Source of the DNA: Candidatus Marinacidobacterium sp.
GTDB lineage: Bacteria > Acidobacteriota > Vicinamibacteria > Marinacidobacterales > Marinacidobacteraceae
Assembly (NCBI GenBank): GCA_965204755.1
Contig: OZ242011.1
Coordinates: 640,001-704,000 of the forward strand
DNA: 64,000 bases
Direction of reading: 5' to 3'
The translations under genes and the position numbers were made by a program. The notes beneath the pieces are model-generated. The model did not search any database and was not told the origin of the DNA. It worked only from the letters and a program-made list of their open reading frames with translations. Positions 50,115-57,934 of the stretch are shown here, one piece after another (position 1 is the first letter of the stretch; every line of letters begins with the position of its first letter).

Positions 50115-50795
50115 ATGAAGACCTCCCGACTCGCTCTCGCGCTGCTGCTCGGCGTCTCCCTCGGCGCCGCCTCCGCCGCCGCCGCCGGTGAAGCCGACGC
50201 TTCGCTCTCCGGCCTCTACCTCGAGGCGCGCACCGCCGATGTGTACGCCGGCCACTGCTTCGCCAACAGCGAAGTGGGCCTCACCGGGAAGGAAGCCGTC
50301 CTCGCCTGGAATGTCTCCGAAGGGCAGTACGAGGGCGTGGCGCTCGACGGGCTCACCGTGGTGGCGGTGGTGAAGGCGCAGGCCACGCTCGGCGACCCGC
50401 ACGACGATCCCTACCCCGCGGACTCGGTGCTCATCGTGGACGACCGGGCGAACGCCGACCAGCGCGCCGCGCTGGTGCAGTTGGCCCACGACCTGGGCGG
50501 CCGACTGCTCGACAATGTGCTGTCGGTGAACGACGCCGCGGTGGAGGCCGACTTCGACAGCCGGCCCGGACACGCCTCGCTCACCGCCGGGGAACTCGTC
50601 GAACTGCGCACCCGGGCGCTGAGCCACGAGGATCACCTCTGCGGCAGCGAATTCGTGTACTACCCGCCGCTCACCGAGATCGCGGACGCGGTTCCGGCCT
50701 ACACGGAAGCGCACGCGTTCCGCGGGGACGACTTCGACGCGACCTGGAGTTGCCCGCTCAAGCGGAGCGCCTTCGTCGGCAGTTTCGTTCGCTGA
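50115..50795 (+). CDS. Secreted DUF1326-like (putative metal-binding) protein
   Basis: Signal peptide; YLEARTADVYAGHCFANSE, HLCGSE..YYPPL. Confidence 0.7.
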   Translation: MKTSRLALALLLGVSLGAASAAAAGEADASLSGLYLEARTADVYAGHCFANSEVGLTGKEAVLAWNVSEGQYEGVALDGLTVVAVVKAQATLGDPHDDPYPADSVLIVDDRANADQRAALVQLAHDLGGRLLDNVLSVNDAAVEADFDSRPGHASLTAGELVELRTRALSHEDHLCGSEFVYYPPLTEIADAVPAYTEAHAFRGDDFDATWSCPLKRSAFVGSFVR

Positions 50796-50871
50796 CTCCG
50801 TCCGCCGACCCGTCCGGGCGCCCCGGTACTCCAAGCCCTGCTTCCGGGCGCTGTCTCCGCGTAGAGGCCCG

Positions 50872-51537
50872 GTGACCGTCGCGCGCCGCGCCGCGGCAGT
50901 TCGTTTCCTCCCGTTCGCCGCGGCGGCCGTTCTCGCCGCGGCCGGCGCGTTCGCCGCCGACCAACCGACGCTCGGCGACGCGGGCGGCCCGCCGCCGGCG
51001 GAAGTCCCCGACGAGATCCGCCCGGCGCTCGGGGAACGGGGCGTTTCGGTGACCCTCTCCGAGGGGGCGAAACTCGAGTTCTGGTTCGTGGACGACCAGC
51101 CCGGCGGGGAGGGAGCGGTCCCCGGCGCGACCTTCCCCGGGCTCGAAGTGGGAACGCTGGTGGGAGTCGTCGCGCTCCACGACGCCTGGCGCGACTACAA
51201 GGGGAACCGGATCGAGCCCGGCCTCTTCACCATGCGGTACGGCACCCGGCCCGAGGACGGCAACCACATGGGTGTCTCCGTCCACCTCGACTTCGTGCTC
51301 CTGGTGCCGGTGGAAGAGGACACCACGCTCGAAGTGGACTGGGCGCAGGCCGACCTGAACCTGATGAGTTTCGCCGCCACCGGCATCGGCCACCCGGCGG
51401 TGATGAGCCTGGCCCCCAACTGGGAAGGCGTCACCGAGACCGCGCTCTTCGAAGACGACGCCGAAGGCTGGGCGCTCGCCCACACCTGGGACGACCTGAC
51501 TCTCGGCTTCGTGGTGGAGGGCGAAGGCGAGCACTGA
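50872..51537 (+). CDS. Secreted hypothetical protein
   Basis: Signal peptide; acidic; DYKG..PGLFTMRY..PEDGNHMGVS...GHP. Confidence 0.78.
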   Translation: MTVARRAAAVRFLPFAAAAVLAAAGAFAADQPTLGDAGGPPPAEVPDEIRPALGERGVSVTLSEGAKLEFWFVDDQPGGEGAVPGATFPGLEVGTLVGVVALHDAWRDYKGNRIEPGLFTMRYGTRPEDGNHMGVSVHLDFVLLVPVEEDTTLEVDWAQADLNLMSFAATGIGHPAVMSLAPNWEGVTETALFEDDAEGWALAHTWDDLTLGFVVEGEGEH

Positions 51538-52231
51538 GAACGCCGGCGCCGGAGTCGCAGCGCTGCTGCTCGCGGCCGGCGCCTCCCGGCGCATGGGTCG
51601 CCCGAAGGCCCTGCTGCCCCACCCGGACGGCAGCGGCCGGAGCGTCATCCGGGTCCTCGCGGAGACCTTGGGCGCGGCGGGGCTCTCGCCGGTCTTCGTC
51701 GCGCTCGGGTGCGCCCGGGCCGAAGTCGCCGCGGAACTGGGCGGAGTCCGCGCTCCCGTGGCGCCCGTCCTCAATCCCGCCTGGCGATCCGGGATGCTGT
51801 CGTCGCTGAAGGCCGGGGTACGGGCGGCGGCGGCTCATCCGGAGGTCGAGTGGGCGCTGGTTGCCCTGGTGGACCAGCCGTTCCTGTCCGAGGCCTTGGT
51901 CCGGCGGCTCACCGAACGCGCGTCGGCCGCGCGCGGGTCCGGAGAGCCGCCGCCCGCCGCCGTCGCCCCCGTGGATCCGGAGCGCCGCCGGGCCGGCCGG
52001 TTCGGCCACCCGATCCTCCTCTCCCGCCGCCTCTTCCCCGAGGTGCTCGCCGAGAGCCCCCGCACCCCGGAGGACGAAGACCGGGGCGCGCGCCGCGTCC
52101 TCGCCCGCCACTCCGCCGAAGTCGCCCTCGTCCCCGCGGCCCCGCGCGAACTCGCCACCATGGAGACTCCCGAGGACTACGCCCGCTTTCGACTCCCCAG
52201 ATCGTCTCCGCAATTCGGCGCAGCACCCTAA
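51527..52231 (+). CDS. Molybdenum cofactor cytidylyltransferase (MocA-like); no canonical start before the nucleotide-binding loop
   Basis: LLAAGASRRMGRPKAL, GMLSSL, LVDQP, GHP, DRGAR, ETPEDY; first ATG at 51593. Confidence 0.8.
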   Translation, partial: ASTENAGAGVAALLLAAGASRRMGRPKALLPHPDGSGRSVIRVLAETLGAAGLSPVFVALGCARAEVAAELGGVRAPVAPVLNPAWRSGMLSSLKAGVRAAAAHPEVEWALVALVDQPFLSEALVRRLTERASAARGSGEPPPAAVAPVDPERRRAGRFGHPILLSRRLFPEVLAESPRTPEDEDRGARRVLARHSAEVALVPAAPRELATMETPEDYARFRLPRSSPQFGAAP

Positions 52232-52445
52232 GCCGACCGACAGCGGTGTTTTCTTGCGTTTCTCGCAGGAAAACTGCATAATGTCTCCCGTAACCGGCTC
52301 GCTGAAGCGTGGGCACGGCTCTCCGGCGTCAGACACACTAGGCCGACGCCCGTCCCGTGCTGTCGCTCTTCGGCCATCGGTCGCACTTCGTGGCACCTTG
52401 GGTCAAGAGGCCCGCGAATAAACACGGGAACGAGGAAATCCGCTC

Positions 52446-53732
52446 ATGCTGGTGGCCTTCGCGCTTGAAAACTACGCCTGCTTTCGTGACCGGCAGGAGG
52501 TGAACACTCACGCCATCCCGCGCACAAGCGATGTTCACGCCTTCAGCAGCGACTGCCCACAGGCTCCTCGGTTGAACCGGGTGACCGCGATCTACGGTCC
52601 CAACGGCAGTGGTAAGTCCCGGCTCTTGAACGCCCTGATGATCGCCAGACAGTTGGTGCTCGGGTCGGCGAAAGACCGTCAGAAAGGTGAGCACTTGCCC
52701 TACGCGCCGTTCTTTTTCGACAAGCGCACACGAACGCAGCCGACAACTTTCGAAACCTGCTTCATCGAGGAGGGAACCTACTACGAGTACCGGTTTTCGC
52801 ACGATCAGAACTGCATCCAGGACGAAACCCTCTTTGCGTGGCCTCCGGGCGGGCGAAAACGGATGCTCTTGGAGCGTCATCGAACACCCAACGCCAGCCC
52901 CGACTACTGCGAATTCGGCAGTTCTGTCACTGGTGCGAAGGCGATCTGGCGACAAAGCACGCGCTCAAACGCACTCCTCGTTTCTGTCGCAGCGCAACTC
53001 AACAGCGACGCATTCTCCCCCGTTGTACGGTGGTTTCAGAGGCTGGCCGGTATCAGTGCCGAGTACTTTCCCGAACAGTTCACGGCCCAAGCTATCTTCG
53101 AGAGTGAAGAACGAAGAAAACGCGTTCTGCACATGCTGCAGGATGCCGACATCGCCGTCTCTGAGTTTTCTGTACGCAAGGAAACACAGAAACTCGAGGC
53201 GATCAAGGACGATTTCCCACCCAACGTCGTCAAGACGCTGTCTCAGACGGGCGTGAGCTCCTTTGACACCTTCCGGACTCGCTTCGAGCATACGCCGCCG
53301 GGGTCTTCCGAGAGACACTTTCTCGACTTGGAGGACGAGTCCGACGGGACCCAACGCGCCTTCGCCCTGGCTCATCCTTGGATCGAGATGCTTGACGACG
53401 ACCGAGTCCTCGTCGTAGATGAACTGGACAGGAGCCTCCATCCGATTCTCGTAGACGCCTTGTTGAGGAAAGTCAACGACCCCGACAGCGATGGTCGGCC
53501 TCGTCGCGCTCAGTTGGTCGCTACGCTACATGACACCTCCCTCATGGCCGACCCACTGGCGCGCGGGCAGGTGTGGTTGACGGACAAGGATAGACCGAGC
53601 GAAGCAGCCACGCTAAGGCCTCTATCCGACCACCACCCACGAAAGGGGGAAGCGATTGAGCGTGGCTATCTCGCCGGGCGCTACGGGGGAGTCCCCATTA
53701 CGAGCACGGTGCACTACGCGCCAACGACTTGA
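52446..53732 (+). CDS. AAA_21 (RloA/AbiEii-like) ATPase
   Basis: IYGPNGSGKS, ESDGT, LVVDELDRSLHP, AQLVATLHD, YLAGRYGGVP; low GC. Confidence 0.92.
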   Translation: MLVAFALENYACFRDRQEVNTHAIPRTSDVHAFSSDCPQAPRLNRVTAIYGPNGSGKSRLLNALMIARQLVLGSAKDRQKGEHLPYAPFFFDKRTRTQPTTFETCFIEEGTYYEYRFSHDQNCIQDETLFAWPPGGRKRMLLERHRTPNASPDYCEFGSSVTGAKAIWRQSTRSNALLVSVAAQLNSDAFSPVVRWFQRLAGISAEYFPEQFTAQAIFESEERRKRVLHMLQDADIAVSEFSVRKETQKLEAIKDDFPPNVVKTLSQTGVSSFDTFRTRFEHTPPGSSERHFLDLEDESDGTQRAFALAHPWIEMLDDDRVLVVDELDRSLHPILVDALLRKVNDPDSDGRPRRAQLVATLHDTSLMADPLARGQVWLTDKDRPSEAATLRPLSDHHPRKGEAIERGYLAGRYGGVPITSTVHYAPTT

Positions 53733-54362
53733 GTGGCCCGATCAACCGGACACCGACGAGGACGTCGGTTGCCGCCGTCCACGCAAGGTGGCAAACGGAT
53801 TACGATCGTCTGCGAGGGAAGTCGAACTGAACCGCAGTATTTTGGGCAACTCAAACAGCTCCGACGCCTCAGAACGGTTCGCGTCGTCTCCGCGACGCCT
53901 TCGGATCTGACCGGTGTGAAGCGGGCGGTGCGTGAAGCAGTCATTCTCGCCCTCGGCAGTGACGAAGTATGGTGTGTCGTAGACGATGATGAGCGTCGGG
54001 AAGACATTGCATCTCTTCGGGAGTACCTCAAGCGAATCCAGGCAAGGAAGCCATCTGTGCGTGTCTGCCTCGCGCTGTCAATGCCGTGTTTCGAATACTG
54101 GCTTCTTCTCCATTTCGAATACACAACCAGAGCCTTCCTCGGCACTCCGGGACGCTCCGCATGCCGCCGGGTTATCTCCGAGTTGAAGCGGCATCTACCC
54201 GACTACGAGAAGAACGACCCGAGACTCTTCGTTCACCTTCAGGAGCGGTTGCCGGCGGCGGTAGCACGGGCGAAACGAGGGCGGGCGGAGGGATCTTCGT
54301 TCACGGATGTCGGGGAGTTGGTGGGGCGGCTGCTGCATCTGGACGATAGTGGATCAAGCTGA
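53733..54362 (+). CDS. RloB-family protein
   Basis: IVCEGSRTEPQYF, VWCVVDDD, SMPCFEYWLLLHF. Confidence 0.9.
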   Translation: MARSTGHRRGRRLPPSTQGGKRITIVCEGSRTEPQYFGQLKQLRRLRTVRVVSATPSDLTGVKRAVREAVILALGSDEVWCVVDDDERREDIASLREYLKRIQARKPSVRVCLALSMPCFEYWLLLHFEYTTRAFLGTPGRSACRRVISELKRHLPDYEKNDPRLFVHLQERLPAAVARAKRGRAEGSSFTDVGELVGRLLHLDDSGSS

Positions 54363-54367
54363 CGGCG

Positions 54368-55087
54368 GTGGCGGGAGAAGTGGGCCCTCTGACTACACCC
54401 GGAGTGGCCTTGGCGCTGAGTTACGGGTATGTGGGGGTTCTCGCCGTCGTGGCGGAGGGGATGCGGCGGGCGGGGTGGGTTTCCGGGGGGGCGGCGCGGA
54501 AGGGGATCCATGTGGGGGTGGGGTTGTGGGTCGTTCCTACCGTTTTCCTTTTCGCCGATTGGAGGGTGGCGGTGATTCCGCCGGTCACCTTCGCGATCGG
54601 GAATTTCCTCGTCCATCGGTTTCGGCTGTCGCCGGAGATGGACGAAGACCCGACGAACTTCGGGACGGTGTTCTTCCCGATTTCGTTCGCGCTGTTGCTC
54701 GCGGTGTTCTTCCGGCCCGGAGAGGCGGGAGATGCTTCGTATGCGGCGGTGGCGGGTTTGCTCTGCCTGGCGCTCGGGGACGCGGCGGCGGCGGTGGTCG
54801 GGAAGAGGTACGGGACTCGGCGTTACTTCGCCTTCGGACACGCGCGGACGATGGAAGGGAGTTTCGCCATGTTCCTCGTGTCCGGGGCGGCGGTGGCGGG
54901 AGTGCTGGTCGCGATGGCCGGGTTCGGTTGGCATCCGGCGCTCGCGTTCGGGCTGGTTACCGGGACCGCCGCGGCCGGGATCGAGGCGTTTTGCCCGTAC
55001 GGCAGCGACAACCTGTTCGTGCCCGTCGGGGTCGCGGGCGTGCTCTGCGGGCTCGTCGAGATCAGCAGCGCCACGCTCGGCGGTTGA
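54368..55087 (+). CDS. Phytol/dolichol kinase-like (CTP-dependent polyprenol kinase) membrane protein
   Basis: RKGIH, GTVFFP, GDAAAAVVG..YG, RTMEGS, GSDNL. Confidence 0.85.
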   Translation: MAGEVGPLTTPGVALALSYGYVGVLAVVAEGMRRAGWVSGGAARKGIHVGVGLWVVPTVFLFADWRVAVIPPVTFAIGNFLVHRFRLSPEMDEDPTNFGTVFFPISFALLLAVFFRPGEAGDASYAAVAGLLCLALGDAAAAVVGKRYGTRRYFAFGHARTMEGSFAMFLVSGAAVAGVLVAMAGFGWHPALAFGLVTGTAAAGIEAFCPYGSDNLFVPVGVAGVLCGLVEISSATLGG

Positions 55088-55169
55088 AGCGCCGGGCGGG
55101 ATCGAGGAACCCGGAGGGGATCGGACTCGGCTGCCGCCGGAGCGCGGCGGAAGAAACGCGAGACGACCA

Positions 55170-56525
55170 TTGACGACCCGGGCCGCTCCCGGCGGCGGCG
55201 AACGGCGGCACGACCTCGACGCCCTGCGGGCGTTCGCCATGCTGCTGGGCATCGCGCTGCACGGGGCGTTGTCGTTCATTCCCGAGGTATGGCCGGTTAC
55301 CGATTCGTCGCAGGAGTCGGCGGATCTCTTCGGGCTCCTGGCGCTGTTCATCCACGGTTTCCGGATGCCGCTGTTCTTCCTGATGAGCGGCTTCTTCACC
55401 GCCATGCTGTGGAGGCGCCGCGGGTTGGGCGCGGTGGTCCGCCAGCGGTTCCGGCGGGTGTTCCTCCCGCTGGTCCTCGCTTCGGTCACGATCGTTCCGA
55501 TGATGAACCTGCTGATCGCGTCCGTCTTCGACCCGGCGGCGTACGAAGCGGAGGGCGGGGCCGACAGCCTCACGGTGCTGGACGGCACGCTGGCGGCGGG
55601 GTCGCTCGGCGCGAAGGCCGAGGTCGGCGGCCCGCGAGGAACCGGCCCGGAGAGCGGCGGCGGTTACCTCGCGCCCTGGTACTGGGAGTTCGTCCATTCG
55701 GACGCGCTCGAGATCGGCGCCGGGGACGCGGCGCCGTTCCACCTGGTCCATACGCCGCTGTTCCACCACTTGTGGTTCCTGTGGTTCCTCTGCTGGCTGG
55801 CGGCCGGATTCCTGGCGCTCGCCGCGCTCGCGGAACGATTCGGCCGGCGGTGGCCGCCGTTCCCGGAGCGCCTCGTAGTTTCGCCTTGGCTGTTCGCGTG
55901 GGCGTTGCCGCTGACCGCCGCCGTCCAGTGGTTCATGGGGATCGAAGGGACCGCGCCGGAGTTCGGCCCGGACACGGCGACCGGATTGATCCCGCCGCCG
56001 CACCTGCTGGCCTACTACGCGATCTTCTTCGCGTTCGGCGCGTTGCTCTTCGGCTGCGACGAAGGCGGCGGGCGCATCACGCGGGGATGGCCGGCGGCGC
56101 TCGCGGTCGGGATACTGCTGTTCCTGCCGTCGGTGGTCTTCACCTTCGGGGCGGACGAGTCGGGCTCGGGCCGGAACCGGCTGCTCGCGGCCTTCGGACA
56201 GGCGGCTTACGCGTGGCTGATGACGCTCGGCCTCATGGGGCTCTTCCGCGCCGTCCTCCGCCGGGGGAGTTACGCCGCGCGCTACCTCTCCGATTCCGCC
56301 TACTGGCTCTATGTGGCGCACCTGCCGGTCATCCTCCTCGCCCAGCACGCCGTCGCCCGCCTGGCGCTCCCCGCCGCCGTGAAGTTCGCCGTCATCTGCG
56401 CGGCGACGACCGGCGCGTTGCTGCTCGCGTATCGCTACGGCGTGCGTTACACGCCGATCGGTACGCTGCTCAACGGCAAGCGCGTCCGCCCGCTCCGGGG
56501 CGCGGCGACCGCGCGGCCGGGGTAA
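55170..56525 (+). CDS. Acyltransferase-3 family (OpgC/MdoC-like) membrane protein
   Basis: RRHDLDALRA, HGFRMPLFFLMSGFF, HLWFL, YWLYVAHLP; TTG start. Confidence 0.88.
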   Translation: MTTRAAPGGGERRHDLDALRAFAMLLGIALHGALSFIPEVWPVTDSSQESADLFGLLALFIHGFRMPLFFLMSGFFTAMLWRRRGLGAVVRQRFRRVFLPLVLASVTIVPMMNLLIASVFDPAAYEAEGGADSLTVLDGTLAAGSLGAKAEVGGPRGTGPESGGGYLAPWYWEFVHSDALEIGAGDAAPFHLVHTPLFHHLWFLWFLCWLAAGFLALAALAERFGRRWPPFPERLVVSPWLFAWALPLTAAVQWFMGIEGTAPEFGPDTATGLIPPPHLLAYYAIFFAFGALLFGCDEGGGRITRGWPAALAVGILLFLPSVVFTFGADESGSGRNRLLAAFGQAAYAWLMTLGLMGLFRAVLRRGSYAARYLSDSAYWLYVAHLPVILLAQHAVARLALPAAVKFAVICAATTGALLLAYRYGVRYTPIGTLLNGKRVRPLRGAATARPG

Positions 56526-56560
56526 CGGGAACGGGATGACGCCGAACGGGCCGCGACCGA

Positions 56561-57892
56561 TCAGAGCGACGCGGCGACCAACTCCACGATCCGGTCGGCC
56601 TCGGCCTCGGTGAGCGAGAGAGCCGGGCGGAAACGCGCGGTGCGGGGACCGCAACCGAGCAGGAGCAGGCGGTTCCCGTAGGCGCGGGCGAGGAAGCGGT
56701 CGCGCTCCCCGGTCGTGGGCAGGTCGAAGGCGCAGAAGAGGCCGCGCCCCCGGACCGCGCTCATCCGTCCGCCGCTCCCCTCGGCCAGCCGATGGAGTCC
56801 GGCGAGCAGGTGTTCGCCCACCCGGGCGGCGTTCTCGATGAGCCGCTCTTCCTCGATGATTTCGAGGTAACGCCCGAAACGAACCATGTCCACCAGGTTG
56901 CCGCCGAAGGTGGAGTTGATGCGGGAGGAGAGCCGGAACACATTCTCGGGAACCTCGTCGAGCCGGGGCCCGGCCAGCACGCCGCAGACCTGCGCCTTCT
57001 TGCCGAACGCGAGCAGGTCGGGAGCGACGCCGAAGTGCTGGTAACACCACATCTTCCCGGTCATGCCCACGCCGGTCTGCACCTCGTCGAAGATCAACAG
57101 GAACTCGCGCTCGTCGGCGAGCCTCCGGACCGCCCGGAAGAACTCCCCGCGGAAGTGGTGGTCGCCGCCCTCCCCCTGGATCGGTTCGAGGATGAGCGCG
57201 GCGATGTCGTCCGGGTGTTCCGCGAGCGCCCGTTCGATCTGCGCCAGCGCCCGGGCTTCGGCGGCTTCGGTCTCGGCGAGGCGCTCCGCTTCCGGGAACC
57301 GGATGTAGGGGTTCTCGACCCGCGGCCAGTCGAACTTCGGGAAGTAGGCGACCTTGATCTCTTCGGTGTTCGTGAGCGAGAGCGCGTAACCGGTGCGCCC
57401 GTGGAAGGCGTCCCGGAGGTGCAGGATCCGGCTCCCCTTCTCGCCCCGGCCCGCGGCCAGGTTCTTCCGCACCTTCCAGTCGAAGGCGGCCTTCAACGCG
57501 TTCCCGACCGCCACCGCGCCCCCGGCCACGAAGAAGACCCGCGGCAACTCCGGCGGAATGCCGAACCGGGCGAAGGTGTCCACGAACCGCGCCATCTCGA
57601 CCGTGTAGAAGTCCGAGTTGGAGGGGTTGTGGACGGCCACCCGGCCGAGGCGGTCGCGGAAGTCCGGGTCGGAGAGCCCGGGGTGGTTGTGGCCGATCGG
57701 GTTCGTCGCGTAGTAGGAGAAGCAGTCGAGGTAGTCCCGCCCGGTCCGGGCGCAGCGCAGGTAGGCGCCGCGGCTCCGGTCGAGGTCGAGGACCAGGTCC
57801 AGCCCGTCGGTGATGAAGTGGCGCCGGAGGTGGTCGTGGACCTCGCCGGGCGCCGGCGGCGGAACACGAACGCGGCTGGAAGGTGCGCTCAT
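56561..57892 (-). CDS. lat: L-lysine 6-aminotransferase
   Basis: PSNSDFY, ALKAAFDWK, AFHGRTGY, FPKFDWP, IQGEGGD, DEVQTG, FGKKAQVCG, SRINSTFGG. Confidence 0.92.
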   Translation of the reverse strand: MSAPSSRVRVPPPAPGEVHDHLRRHFITDGLDLVLDLDRSRGAYLRCARTGRDYLDCFSYYATNPIGHNHPGLSDPDFRDRLGRVAVHNPSNSDFYTVEMARFVDTFARFGIPPELPRVFFVAGGAVAVGNALKAAFDWKVRKNLAAGRGEKGSRILHLRDAFHGRTGYALSLTNTEEIKVAYFPKFDWPRVENPYIRFPEAERLAETEAAEARALAQIERALAEHPDDIAALILEPIQGEGGDHHFRGEFFRAVRRLADEREFLLIFDEVQTGVGMTGKMWCYQHFGVAPDLLAFGKKAQVCGVLAGPRLDEVPENVFRLSSRINSTFGGNLVDMVRFGRYLEIIEEERLIENAARVGEHLLAGLHRLAEGSGGRMSAVRGRGLFCAFDLPTTGERDRFLARAYGNRLLLLGCGPRTARFRPALSLTEAEADRIVELVAASL

Positions 57893-57934
57893 CGAACTCG
57901 GGAAATTACCAGCCCCGGCGTCTTCCCCTCGCCG

